Source: Lama guanicoe
Lineage: Eukaryota
Direction: 5' to 3'
Assembly: GCA_013239625.1 (NCBI GenBank)
Contig: MU053365.1
Coordinates: 1,336,115-1,400,114 of the forward strand
Length of the DNA stretch: 64,000 nucleotides
The position numbers and the translations under genes were made by a program. The notes under the pieces are model-generated. The model was not told the DNA's origin. It did not search any database and saw only the letters and a list, made by a program, of their open reading frames with translations. Shown here piece after piece: positions 47,422-60,150 of this stretch. The stretch's first letter is position 1. Every line of letters begins with the position of its first letter.

Positions 47422-48749
47422 TATCTTACTCTTGAAAGTCAGTTAATGGGAAGTGTCATAATACAAATATTATTAGTTCATATGAAAACCAAATAGAAAA
47501 TACTGCACTATTAGAAATATTAATACTGTTCAAGAGCAGGCTATCTTGAAGTACCTTATGGATCACTAATCATCTATTCAATGGCCCGGGCAACCTACTC
47601 GAATCGAGTGAATAGTCAAACCAGTGGTATGATTGAATCTAGTTCCCACCAATTCCTATTGTCTCATAATGTATTTGCCTCATTTATATATTACTTACTT
47701 GTACCTGTAGACAGCCATAAAACAGATCTTAAATACTGAAGATCATTCCAAGTGAGAAAAGACAGATGGAACACAAGTATTGTTTGGCAGGGCCCAAGTG
47801 GAAATCTGTAAATTATCTATCCCAGGAACAAATGTGGCTGGAAATTGGTAGAAGTCCAATATGAAGACATTTGTTGGAGAGGTATGGCAAAAATCAGAGA
47901 CTTAGTTATAAGAGGACTGGGGCATAAGGCAAACATTTTATCTACTGAGGTCCAAGATTAAAATCAGGATGCCTAGTCTTTGGGAGACATGATTATGAGG
48001 CAGAGAACCTAGGTCATGAGAGGTTGGAGCATCAAGGTCACAGTGGAACCAGCAGCTGCATGAGCAAGCACTCTAGGACCTTCATGCCCAGAACCAGGAT
48101 TTGTCCCAGAGTCAGGACTGGGGTTGAGCTGACATGTGGACATTAAATCAGGTTGCACATCTGGCAGGATGTAGAGTCAGGGTACTAGATATGCTGTTAT
48201 ACATCTAATATAATATATGGAATAGGAAGAAGTTGGTTATATTAAGCATGGTGGTTAATGGCACATACATCATACATGAGAACTTACAGCAAAGTCAATT
48301 AATCAATAAAGATTTATTGACCACTATATTCAGTGGTCTGGCACTGATCAAACACTGATATTCAGTGAGGAAGAAAACATTGTTCTGAGATGATCACTGT
48401 ATCTATTATGTACCACACATTATAGTGCAACATGTATGAACTATTAGAAAGATATGTACAATAGACCAAGTAACTTTGCCTGGGGAGGTAAAGAAATATA
48501 CCAGTTAAGAGGTAATGTTTGAACCAAATTTTAAATGATTAGTAGGAGTTATCCAGGATGAAAAGGTGAGGGAAAAACTTTTACAGGACTACCACAATAT
48601 GTACAAATGCATGGAGTTAGAAAGGGGCCTGTTTTGTGTGTTGAGGTAAGAATGGAGTATGGTGAGGGATGGTAAGAAATAAAGCTAGTACAAGTCCCTT
48701 CACAAAAGTTTAGAATTTCAAGTTCCATGAGGGCTGACACTCTAACACT

Positions 48750-49175
48750 AGTTGCTAGAACAAATAAACTCCAAAAGTTACATTGGTCCAAACACAATAT
48801 ACTAGTTTATTTTTTGCTCACACACAATCCAAAGTTGTAGTTCAGATTAAGAGGTGACTTTACTCCAAGTGTTGATTTAAGAACCCAAGTTTGTTCCTTC
48901 TTCATGCTTCGTGGTCTTTAACTTGTGACCTCCAACATTGCTATGTACTTCTGTATCAACCTGGCAGAAGGGGAAAGGGTAAGGAAAGTAGCTGGTATGA
49001 AGATAGATGTTGAGGACCAGGCCTGGAAGTGACATACAGCACTTCTGCTCACATTCCGTTGACTAGAATGCAGTCATGTAGCCACAGCTGACTGCAAGGG
49101 AGGCTGGCAAATGTAGTCTGTGTGCCCAGGAATAGAGGAGATGGGTTTCATAAACAGCTAGCCAGTCTCTACCAC
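48750..49175 (-). mobile_element. MaLR LTR (MLT1J/K-like), inside an L2 remnant
   Basis: 'ccaggcctggaagtgacatacagcacttctgctcacattccgttgactagaatgcagtcatg...ctgcaagggaggctggcaaatgtagtct'. Confidence 0.85.
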
Positions 49176-49636
49176 GCTCTCACTTTGTTTCTAGTGCCTA
49201 ACACTTAATAGGCACTCAGTAAATTTTGGCTGAGTGAATAAATGAACAGATTTTTGTTTCATTTTGATTTTTTTCCTGACAGGGTAGTGATGTCATCTTA
49301 TTTCTTTTAGTTACAGAAAAAACATCATCTTGTTGTAAATATAGAAATAAATAATTCAGAAATGTGCAATGTCAGTACTTTGTGAGGGTAACTGATGGAT
49401 GTGGAGCAGTTTGACAAGTATTGGGAGGGTCAAGTGGTGGGTGAGCAGTTAAGAGTCTGTTCCAATAGCCCAAGAGAAAGATTTTTGACCCAGGGCAGTA
49501 GGATTGGGTACAGGAAAGAATGAATTCTCAGGGAGCATTAAAAGGACTTGATGGTGAATTCACTGTGTGGGGATGAGGAAGAAAGAGGAGTAGAAGGTGA
49601 CACTAAGGTGTCGATCTCAGTAATAGGATGCAGAAT

Positions 49637-50141
49637 GTATCAATTTTCTATTGTTGCCGTAAAAAATTTCACAGCTTAAAACTATATCCATTTATTATTA
49701 TCACAGTTCTGTCGGTTCAGAAGTCTAGATAGTCCCAACGAAGCATTCTGTTCAGAGTATCACAAGGGCAAAATTAAGATGGTGGCTGGCCTGAGCTCTT
49801 ATCTTGAGGCTCTTGGGTGGGGAGAATCAGCTTTGAAGCTCATTCAGGTTGTTGGCAAGAACTCAGTTCCTTCTTCCTGTTTCCACCTGGTCTTCTCCAT
49901 CTTCCATTCAGCAATAGTGGAGAGGGGTTGAGTGCTTCTCAAGCTTTAAATCTCTATCACATCTTTCTACTTCCTCTTCTACTATTAAGCATTACACTGG
50001 ACCCACCCAGATAATCTGGGACAATCTCCCTACCTTGAGGTCATCTGCAAAGTCCTTTTTCCCTTGTAATATAACAAACATATTCCTAGGCATGACACTA
50101 GGGTGCAAATATCACGGGGACTGAAATTTGGCTTACCACAT
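49637..50141 (-). mobile_element. MaLR LTR (MLT1E/F-like)
   Basis: 'tgtatcaattttctattgttgccgtaa...cacagttctgtcggttcagaagtc...gctcattcaggttgttggcaagaactcagttcctt...catctgcaaagtcctttt...gcttaccaca'. Confidence 0.85.
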
Positions 50142-51643
50142 AGAATATGTGGGAAATTGTGGGTTGGCTCATTTATCAGCCCTTCTAGTCTCCTTGGTGT
50201 ATGTTTCCCTGTACTGCAAAGGCTGTATCCTCTCCTGCAGCTGAGGTTCTGGATGTGATTTGGAGTCTTCCAATCAAATGTACTCATATGAGACTTGAAC
50301 TTGGAACTGAGATAAGGGGGAGAGAGGAGTGTGTGAGTCATTTATTTTGGCTGGTAAGAATTAGAGCAATGCTGACATGGTTCTGGAACCAGCAGCTGTA
50401 GTAGTGACTTCTTGATTTAGCAGGCAGCTGTGACATGAACCAGCCAATACACCAACCTCTCCTTGATTGTTTTTCAGATCCCACAAAAGTCTACTGAATG
50501 TCTTGATTTGGGCCTGGCAATTTGCAAAGGTTATCTCCTTTAGTGGAGGCAGCTCTATCCCCATTTTGATAAAACTGAAGAAATGGAGAAGGGACTTGCC
50601 CATCCTCACACGGTGATTAGAGCCGAGATTCAACTTGAAATTTCTCTCCATTGTGTAACTGCATCCTGGCCTTTTTTTGGGGTGGGGGGAGTTTATAGAT
50701 GAGAATAATTTTCCCTAAAATGTGTAGCTTATAGCTAGATTCTGGATTCTGACCTTGACCTTATATGGAACTCAGCTGTTTTCAAAGAGCTTTCACATCC
50801 ATAGCTTCATCTGATATCAGGAGACAGAACTGGGGACTCAGGGATTATGGAAGATGGGAAGAGGGAAGTGAGAATATCCCTACTGAAGGGGTTGGTGACA
50901 ACCAGCCCTGAAATCTGCAATGTTTAGTTTAAACTGATTCTGGAGAGAACCTCACCTTTTTACTCCTGTCTACATGGAGTGACCTCCCAGAGACTGTGTC
51001 ATTTCAGGAAGTCTGTTCCAGGAATACACAGAGAACGCATGTTCCAGAGACACAGCCACTCCTGCTGCCATGGGAGATAAATGAGGTGCTTTGGCAGGTC
51101 AGCCAGAAGAGACAACGAGCTGGGCTGTCACATTTGTACAGTGACAGATGCCTGTGCTCATCTCATGTGAGAGGGAATCTCTGGAGCTGGAAGAGGCAGA
51201 GAAATGCCACATTTTCATAACTTCCTTAAAAATGCAAAGGATGTTGGGGGTTGTCACATAAAATGTGCTGCTTTGTGTAGATTGGAAGTTGCTTCTTTTA
51301 GGAAAGGGAAACACGAGTGGGCAAAGGAGCTCTGAGTCTTCGCCTGGCAGAGCTAAAATCATCCTCAGGATGGGTCCACGTAACTCAGTCTGGATATGGC
51401 CTGGAGGCAGAATGCTGGGGGAGTAGTAAGGGGGCTTAGAAAGTGAGGGCTTGTACTTTGCATTGGAGTCCTGTATCTTGTGCCTAGACTGGGAGTGGAT
51501 GGAAGCTCTTGGAAGCAGAACCTCTATCTTTCTGATTCACCACTCTATTCATGACAATTAGAAAAGTGCCCGCCATATTATAGGCACTTAATATAGATCT
51601 GCAGATTGACTGTTGCAAATAGCTACTTAAGCTAGATTGTGTG

Positions 51644-51867
51644 AGGAGATAGCCAACTACAACTGCAGGTCATGGGCCAAATATGGCTGGCCTGTGGATT
51701 GATTTTTCAAATAAAGTTTTATTTTCACACAGACATGTGCATTCACTTATGTATCGTCTATGCACCACAGTGGCAATGCTGAGCAGTCATGACAGAGACC
51801 ATAGGGCTCACAAAGCTGAAAATATTTACGATCTGGCTCTTCACAGGAAAAGTTTTCTGACTCCTGG
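51644..51867 (-). mobile_element. hAT-Charlie MITE (MER58A-like)
   Basis: 'aaataaagttttatt...gacagagaccatagggctcacaaagctgaaaatatttacgatctggctcttcacaggaaaagttttctgactcctg'. Confidence 0.85.
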
Positions 51868-51919
51868 TGTCAAGCACCACTTAAAGTCTCCTCATAGCAG
51901 ATAGGAAAGGTGGATTTTT

Positions 51920-52940
51920 TGACTCCACAACACCCTTCAGCTCCCAGGACATCTCTTTGCTACCATTTGAAGAAAAACTCCTCAAAACAGTTTTCTGTAT
52001 TGTCTCTAATTCCTTTCTTCACATTTTCTTTTAAATCCACTCCTCTTAAGCATTTACTGTCATCGAAACTGCTCTTGTCAAGATCATCAGTGTTGTGAAA
52101 TCCATGGGCAAATATTTAGTTCTTATATTATTTGTCTTAGCAGCAGTGTCTGACACAGTTGGGCACACGTGGAATATTTTCTTGTTTTGGCTTCTGGGTC
52201 ACTGAATTTCTCCTAGCTTCACTGGCTGCTTTTTCTCATAATAGTTTGCTGGACTCTCCTCATCTTACTGGTCTCTTAATGTTGAGTGCCCCAGGGTTCA
52301 GTTATTGGTCCTTTTCTCTTGTCTATCTAAATTCCCTTAGGGATTCGCTCCAGTTTCATAACATACCATCTGTACAATCATAACTTCCAAATTTCTATCT
52401 CTAGCCTGGATCCCTCCCATACCTTGAATTTGGCATCTCTTCTTGGACGTCTCCAATTTAACCTGTCTAAACAGAAAACCTGATAATCCCTTCTCCAACT
52501 TGATCCTCCCACAGTCTTGTCCATCTCTATTGATGGAAACCACATTTGTCCAGTTGCTCAGGTCAAAATCCTTTGAAGCATCCTTGACTCCTCTTGCTCA
52601 CACTCCATATCCAGTCCATAAGCAAATTCTGTTGACTGTACTTTAAATTATATATCTAAGCTTCACTTCTCATCACCTCTTCTGTTAAAGTCATAGTCCC
52701 AGTCACTGCTCCCTCTCACCTAAATTAATGAAATAGCCTTTGACTTGTCTCACTGTTTCCCCCCCTTCATTCTTTTTGTCTGTTCTCAATACAATAGACT
52801 ATTCCTGGTTAATTTAAATCACATGACTCCCCTGCTCAAAACTTTCCAATGGTTTCCATGTCACTGAGAGTAAAAGCCAAAGTCCTTCTGATGGCCTTCA
52901 TGGATCTATGCCATCTGGCCCCCTTACCTCTCTGTCCTTA
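51920..52940 (+). mobile_element. L2 LINE remnant
   Basis: 'gaaactgctcttgtcaagatca', 'ttccaaatttctatctctagcctg', 'ccagttgctcaggtcaaaatcc', 'ctcccctgctcaaaactttccaatgg'. Confidence 0.88.
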
Positions 52941-52944
52941 CATG

Positions 52945-53340
52945 CCACCACTTTGGCATTCATGAAAATGCACTTGTGAGATCTGCTGCAGAGAGGATTG
53001 ATGACTCCAGCTGCTGTACTCTGAAATCCACTGCTAAATTTTTGCCAAGCACATGCTTCCCATGGCTGCTATCACCCAATGACTGAGCATGGCCAAGACA
53101 GTAAGGCAAGCCCGTTCCTAGAAGATGCGGGGTTCCTGTGATGGAAGGCTTTGGCTTGAGGACTTCTCATTGGCCTGATCAGACTTTTCCTAGAACTGTG
53201 CTGTGTTATGTGACTTCCTACCTAACATTCCTTCCCTCTCTCCTTCAGAAGGACAAAACTTCCTCACGTTGGGAGGCTCTCTCTACTTCCTCCAGCTGCT
53301 TCTTTTTCCTCTCAAGTTTCCCCTGCCAAATAAATTGTAA
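52945..53340 (+). mobile_element. ERVL LTR (LTR16-like)
   Basis: 'ccaatgactgagcatggcc...aaggcaagcccgttcct...ctttggcttgaggact...cctagaactgtgctg', then AATAAA at the 3' end. Confidence 0.8.
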
Positions 53341-53639
53341 GCCCCTTTCAAAACTATGTAAAATGATGACATATAATTTGTCATTTTAATTAAGCCATCA
53401 CCTTTAATTTGACATTTCTCAGTTATCTCTATTAGATAGGTTCAAGAGTTTATTTTCACACTGAAGTTCATTGGCTGTATTAAGTCAAGGATATGAATAT
53501 TTTGTATTAGGTGCAAAAACAAACAAACAAAAACCCCAAGCAGAAAAACCAAAACTCTAACCTTCTGAAAAGTAACTCCATTAGATGAATCTCTCTTAAA
53601 TATGAAATGGTTGCTCCAGCTTGCATTTTTTGGGGGGGG

Positions 53640-54190
53640 TGAAACTTCTAAATGAGCAGAGCAACGTCAATTTAGCAATGTAGGCTTGAAGAATTACTGT
53701 GTTTATAGCTGCAAATGAAGTGTCAGTGTTGAAACTGATGTCAAATTTTATTCAATATGCAAATCAAAAATAAATAAATTAGATTATTTTGAAGCTTTGA
53801 AGAACTATTTGATAAAGACAACCACTGAGGAATGTGAAATTTTACCAAATGACATTGCTGAACATCTAAGCTTAGTTGAAGATGTTTATTCTTAACATCT
53901 TAACAGTGAAGATTTAGACTGATTGAGTATTGAGTCAATACTCACTGACTTTCTTTGAGTATGTCAGCAATTAGAAATAATGAGTTATTGTTAGACATTA
54001 TTGATGAGTCACCTTCAAAACAATTGTCTACCACTCTTTATTCTAGCTTTTGGATCAGTTTAATAGAAAAATATCCTGGATTGGCAAAACAGGCTGTAAA
54101 AACAAACAAACTTATCTTTGTGAATTAAGGCTTTCATGATTCTTTAAAATTCAAAACAAAATATACTGGATAGCAGGCTGATATAGTTGT
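53640..54190 (+). mobile_element. hAT-Charlie transposase fossil (C-terminal dimerisation domain)
   Basis: From 54045 it reads SFWISLIEKYPGLAKQAVK, then after a frameshift TYLCE, then KTKY. This follows the FW...YP.L...A...TYLCE.GFS...KTKYR pattern of Charlie/Buster transposases. The left boundary is a guess. Confidence 0.75.
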
Positions 54191-54252
54191 CATTTATAAT
54201 CTCAGTTTTACATTTTTATATTTACTAAAATAGTTTTATTTTTATACTGATC

Positions 54253-54336
54253 CTTAAATAAATAAATTATGTTTTTATGTAGTAAAATCTAATGCTTAAA
54301 TAAATAAATTATGTTTTTACGTAGTAAAATCTAATG
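54253..54336. repeat. 2 x 42-bp tandem duplication
   Basis: CTTAAATAAATAAATTATGTTTTTA(T/C)GTAGTAAAATCTAATG twice, one mismatch. Confidence 0.97.
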
Positions 54337-55509
54337 CTAAGTTTTCCTTCATGATTTTTATACTTGCTGTCATACTTAGAAAGAATCCTTTCATTCCAAT
54401 ATTATATAATTATTCACCCATATTTCCTTTCCATACTTTTCCTGATTTCATTTTTTTACATCTTACTTATTAGGAAACTTTAAAAGTATGATTACATTTT
54501 TCCTAAACATGGAGAGAAAAGTCAGGAATTAACGGGACCAGGCTTAAGTCCCACTTCTACCTTTTTCTAGCTGAGTGATCTTTGGCAAGTCTGCTCCCAA
54601 TTTCCTCACCCAGGGAGATGAGAGCATTTGAGCAAATGATCTGTAAGGTCTCTGGTAGCTCCAACATTCTTGGATTGTACATTTTGACCAAACAGATCTT
54701 GTTAATGACTTGCCAATTCAGATCAAAGCAGACAACTGTTTTGTAGTTCTTGTAGATGGATTTTTTACATGTCTTTTGAATTTTTTTTAACAAGGGAGTG
54801 ATAATCCCCAGTCCTGCTTCCAAAGTGGGTCGCTGTAAAGCCAGACATCGGAAAAGATAACTGCAGTGACGCAATTGCTTGTTTGATATGTTCTAGGAAT
54901 ATTAACCATGCCACTGAATTCACATACTTGTTATAATCTGTGGAATGTGCCCTGGAGAAATGAGTCTGCTCAAGCATGGGGACTAAAGTACGTGCACCAC
55001 CATCCTCTCCTCCCCATTCTCTTTAGCAATGGTTCCCAGCCTTAGACATGAAGTGTTCATTCTCTTTGCTCAAAGTACGTTATCTTCCAGCTCTCCTGGT
55101 TCTCACCTGTAACTGGTCAGTATGTTTACTTGCTCTTCAGCTAAATAGTACCAAAATGAAGTTGTCAAAAACACGAGAATGCCCTTGCAGTAATTGGATT
55201 TTCTACTTTGAGTTGGGAACATAAGAGACGTATTGAATGGAACATGCCAAAATGCTAAGGCAGCATGAAGGACACCATCTGTCACAATATTTTTCTAGTT
55301 AATTTTAAGTGAGCAAAAGATTAAAAATGTTTTCTTAGTCCTTGCATCTTCACAGAGGAAATCTATTAAAGCAGAAGCTGTGACGTTTGCCATTCCCTTA
55401 TCTGTCTCCCTAAGTTACCAGCATTTAAATGAGGTTATGAATCATCGAGGAAGGGAAAGGGGGTTTGGAGGAGGGAGGGTGTCAGAAAAGTGATAGAATC
55501 TTTTGCTGA

Positions 55510-55785
55510 CTGTTTTAGTTTTCTATTGCTGCTGTAACAAACTACCATAAACTTAGCCACTTAAACAAAACACATTTATTGTATAGTTCTGTAAGTTAGA
55601 AATCTGAAATGGATCTCATTGGGCTAAATTGAAGGTGTCCAGAATGCTGCATTTTTTTTTTTTCTGGAGGCTCTAGGGAAGAAGCCGTTTCCTGGCCTTA
55701 CCCAGCTTCTGGAGGCCACCTACATTCTTTGGCTCATGGCCCCTTTGTCTATCTTCAAAACCAGCAATGTTGCAGCTCTCTGACA
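55510..55785 (-). mobile_element. MaLR LTR fragment (MLT1C/D-like)
   Basis: 'tgttttagttttctattgctgctgtaacaaactaccataaacttag...tctggaggctctagggaagaa...ccagcttctggaggccacctacattc'. Confidence 0.88.
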
Positions 55786-55947
55786 GAAGGGGCATTGTTT
55801 AAATATACAATAGGTGACAAATAGAGCCAGAAGAGAATTTGTTAGATAAAAATGAACTACGATGGTAAGCCTTTAAACATTTCTTAAGCTCAGCACAGCT
55901 TTTCTCTCCCAGGCCGACTCAAAAGTGAATGGCCAGTTCAGCTTTCA

Positions 55948-56448
55948 TTTTTGTTGTTGAGGTATCATTGACTTATAACATTGTGCAAGTTTATGATGTA
56001 CAGGGTGTGGATTTGATACACTTATATGCTGCAACAAACCCACCACTGTGGCCAACACTTCCATCATGTCACAGAATTAACATTTCATTTTTGTGGTGAG
56101 AACATTTAAGTTTCACTCTTTTAGCAACTTTGAGATAAATAATGCAGTATTGTTGACTATGTTGTGTGTTAGATCTCCAGAAAGTATATTCATCTTCTAA
56201 CTGCAAGTTTGTACCTTTGACCAACATCTTCCCAGTTTCCCTACCCCCAGCTTCTGGTAGCCACCAATCTACTCTCTGTTTCTAGGAGTTTAGCTTTTTT
56301 TTTAGATTCCACATCTCAAGTAATATCATACAGTAGCTTTCTTTCTATGTTTGACTTATGTCTCTTAGCATAATGCCCTCACGGTCCATCCATGTTGTTG
56401 TAAATGGCAGGATTTCCTTCTTTCTCATGGCTGAATAATATGTATTCC

Positions 56449-56501
<53 letters not shown>

Positions 56502-56838
56502 CATCTTTATCCAGTCATCTGTTGATGGACTTTTAGGTTGTTCCCATGTCTTGGCTATTGTGAATAATGCTGCAGTAAACATGGGGGTGCATATATCTTT
56601 TCAATAAGCCGTTTTCATTTCCTTTGGATTTATGCCCAGAAGTAGGATAGCTGGATCATATGGTAGTTCTATTTTTAATTTTTTTGAGGAACTCCATACT
56701 GTTTTCTATAGTAGCCACACCAATTTACATTTCTATCAACAGTGCACAAGGGTTCCCTTTTCTCTATATCCTTGACAACCCTTGTTATATGTTAACTTGT
56801 TGATGATAGCTATTCTAACAGGTGTGATATGATATCTA
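55948..56838 (-). mobile_element. LINE-1 3' end (L1MA9-like)
   Basis: The minus strand encodes MFTAALFTIAKTWEQPKSPSTDDWIK. The 3' UTR has 'ttttgtggtgagaacatttaag...ttagcaacttt'. Confidence 0.92.
56451..56498. repeat. Perfect (TG)24 microsatellite inside the L1
   Basis: Uninterrupted TG run. Confidence 0.97.
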
Positions 56839-57442
56839 TCAGAATTAATTTTTTTATAACTTCTTCACCCCTCATCCCCTGCAAACTTGTTTACCTCTGT
56901 AAGATTGATGGTTGCTTTTGTGTTAAGTGAAACATGCAATGGTGAATGGATGAAAATTTTTTTATTACATAAGTAACACATTTTTATTATAGAAAATTTT
57001 GGAAAGTATGCACAAGCAAAAGGAAAAGGGTAAAACTCATCTGCAGTCCCACCAGTTAGAATCACTGGTAACATTTTGGTATATATTCTTCTAGCATTTT
57101 TTCTATACAAATAAACAGAAAATAGAATCATATATGTTGCACTATAAAACCTGTTTAAACCTCTTCAGACCTGTTTAAAATCTGGAGATTGTTTCATGTC
57201 ATTATATTTTTTTCTGCATTATAATGTTAATGGCTGGATACTATTCCATTATATAAATGCACACAAATTTAGCTATTTCCCTAATGATAGACATTTATAT
57301 TATTTCTAATTTTTCTCTATTAAAAGCAATCCTGTGTTATATAATTATGCTTATTTCCATGAGAATAAACTTTGGAAAGAGGAGCTACAAGGTGAAAGAT
57401 GATGTATATTTTTAACAGTTTTGATAAATCATACCAACCTAT

Positions 57443-57935
57443 TGCGGTATAAGACCTAAAATTAAGGATCAATTTTTTTGTGTGCTGCCTTGACATCTGC
57501 TAAAATCAGGAGGGTCTCAACTGGCCTCACTGCAAGTTCTCCTCCCCACTCTGCTCCTTTAGCCAAACAACCTTCCTCATCACTGGAACTAAGTGCAGTT
57601 CCTGCTTATTCCTGAGCATGGGTTTCAGTTCCCTGCCAGCCTGTGGCATTATTCAAACAAGCCAATCACATCTTCCCATGGCAACAAGGGGCACCCCACC
57701 CTCTTAATACTGCAAATCCTGCCTCTCACAGACACTACATGTTCTTTCTGTTGCCAAGTACAAACGCTGTGTGGTCCCACCTGGCAGGCAGTGTCCTACT
57801 CCCCTGGACTGTAAGTTTAAGTGACTGAAAAAATGCTATTGATCTCATCTTTCCAGTGTCAAGTGTCACATGTTTGACTCTAGGGCAGGGAGCCCTTCTA
57901 CATCAGTGGGGTGAAGAGGAGGGAATTGAAAAAAC
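57443..57935 (+). mobile_element. ERVL solo LTR (MER74/MER54 family)
   Basis: 'taagacctaaaattaagg...gtgctgccttgacatctg...attattcaaacaagccaatcacatc...ggggtgaagaggaggg'. Confidence 0.82.
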
Positions 57936-58191
57936 TAGGCTTCAGAAACATTGAATTTATTCTATGACAGTTTTTCTGAAGCATTTGAGATCATAAGATA
58001 TACAAATCTTATAGTGTTGAGTACTTTTTCCAGAAAAATGAGCTGGTAATCAAACATCCACATTTTGCCTACAATATTAGGGATCCTCTGAAGTACCTAG
58101 AATGATGGCCTTCAAGAGCTAATGAGTTTTTGTCATGAGATAAAAACACTGAGTATCATTTTTTGCTCAATTAAAAAAAATGAGCCAATTT

Positions 58192-58659
58192 AATACTAGT
58201 CAGCCATAAAAAAAGAATAAAATAATGCCATTTGCAGCAACATGGATGGACCTGGAGATCATCATTCTAAGTGAAGTAAGCCAGAAAGAGAAAGAAAAAT
58301 ACCATATATCATTTATAGGTGGAATAAAAAAAAAAGAAAAAAGAAGACACTAATGAACTTATCTACAAAACAGAAACAGACTCACAGATAGTAAACAATC
58401 TTATGGTTACTGGGGAGGAAGGGGGTGGGAAGGCATAAATTGAGAGTTTGAGATTTGCAAATATTAACTAGTATATATAAAATAGATAAAAAAACAAGTT
58501 CCTTCTGTACAGCACAAGGAACTATATTCAATACCTTGTAGTAGCCTATAATGAAAAAGAATATGAAAACAAATATATGTGTGTATATGTATGACTGAGA
58601 CATGCTGTACAGCAGAAGTGGACACATTGTAAACTGACTATACTTCAGTTTAAAAAAAA
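58192..58659 (+). mobile_element. 5'-truncated LINE-1 (intermediate-age subfamily)
   Basis: 'gccatttgcagcaacatggatggacctggagatcatcattctaagtgaag'. 3' UTR same as 22990-23330. Degenerate TSD AAAAAAAATGAGCCAATTT (58173-58191) / AAAAAAAATGATTCTATTT (58652-58670). Confidence 0.93.
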
Positions 58660-58899
58660 TGATTCTATTTGAATCCTTTTCCATGTGAAACGTGTTTCTA
58701 CTCACATTGCAAGGTATTTTTGTAACAATGTTACTACATACATTGCTGTACAGGTGAACTCAATGTTAAATATGTGGGAAGAACAGAGGCCTTGCAGCTT
58801 CTATTATCCAATCAAAAGAATAGTGCCTTGTTGTTGGTTTGTTTTGTTTTTTGAAAGACAGCACTGGAAGAAAGTTGGAAGGCTATAGGCTTTCACTTT

Positions 58900-60150
58900 T
58901 TGTGGGTGTCTACTTTGTGTCAGGCGCTGTGCTGAACATTTTATAAGGAATAGCTCCTTTATCTTTCCAGTTTATACGGATGATGAATGTAGATTACCTA
59001 CCACATGGTGGGTATTTCATGAATTGAGAAGCAGTGGGGTGTAGTAGGTTGGGCTTTGGCAATAGAGAGACCTGGACTTAATCTTGATTTTTCTACCACG
59101 TAACCTTAGGCAATTAACCTCTCTGAGTTTAAATTTTCTCATATGTAAGGTGGAAATAACAACGTCAATACTACTACTACTAACCTTTTATGGTGTTTGT
59201 GTATTGAAAGTGCTAATATATGTTAAGCACCTGCTTTAGTACCCAGGATTAGTAGGCCTCAATAAATTTTCAGTATTACCACCTCTCTTTTATAGATGTG
59301 GAAACAGGTCCAGAGAGGTAACTTGCCTGAATGTCACATATCTAATAACTTATCAAGGTCAGAGAATTGCTATCAGAGTCTGAGTCAAGTGACAGATGAT
59401 TGTGCACAGATTATAATTAGATTAATTTTCCGAATGTGTACAGTTATCTTCAATTTCTATTAGCATACCAACATCCATCAGTAAAATGAAAGCTTGGGGC
59501 TGGGGAATAGTGACATGATATTTGACGAGAAATGGAGGAACAGCTGTAGCTCTAACATCTTGAGAATATTCGAGGAGCGAAGTCTCAAAGGGAAGCCATT
59601 TAGGGAACCTGAGCTTCTGCCATGGTGTTATACCACAGGGGCCTCCTCAGCAGTGATACAACTGCGACTTGGGATATCTGCTGTATTTCAGACACACGGA
59701 TTTTGTATACGTAAGTCTTTCTCATTTGAGTCCTACAGTTAAAGAAGTATACTTATCCCCATTTTACATATGATGAAATTGAGGCTCTAAGAGGTTAAAG
59801 AGCTTGTTTAAGATCGCCAGCTGTGAAGTCGTGGAGGCCAGAACGCAATCCTGGACTCGCTGACTGCTCTTACGTAAATTGCTAGGGAGTAAGAGTATTA
59901 TAATTACATAATAATAAAAGACAACAACAACAGCAACAGTTACAATTACCAAGTATTGAGTATTTACTGCATGCTAGCACTCCACACGAGGCAATTCATT
60001 TAATCCTCTCCAGAATCAGAAGACATCGATACTATTACCTGCATAAGGAAGAGGAAACAGGTTCAAAGAGGCAAAGCAACTTGTTCAGCCAGGATCCCAC
60101 AGCTGGGAGGTAGTTGAACTAGAAAAAAGCTCACACATTTACTCCAAGAA
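58900..60150. mobile_element. Cluster of MIR fragments around a short unique segment (~59400-59750)
   Basis: Plus-strand core at ~59030-59270. Minus-strand cores 'ttttatagatgtggaaacagg', 'tatccccattttacatatgatgaaattgaggc' and 'ggaagaggaaacaggttcaaagagg'. Confidence 0.7.

Noticed and set aside
47680..48180. Possible ancient LTR (purine-rich, LTR78/Gypsy-like feel)
   Set aside because: I could not identify termini, a TSD or diagnostic motifs, so it is left unannotated pending a Dfam search.
55107..55278. Minus-strand 172-nt exon candidate ending CAG|GTGAGA with one open frame
   Set aside because: No polypyrimidine tract at the acceptor and an unrecognisable peptide; consistent with chance.
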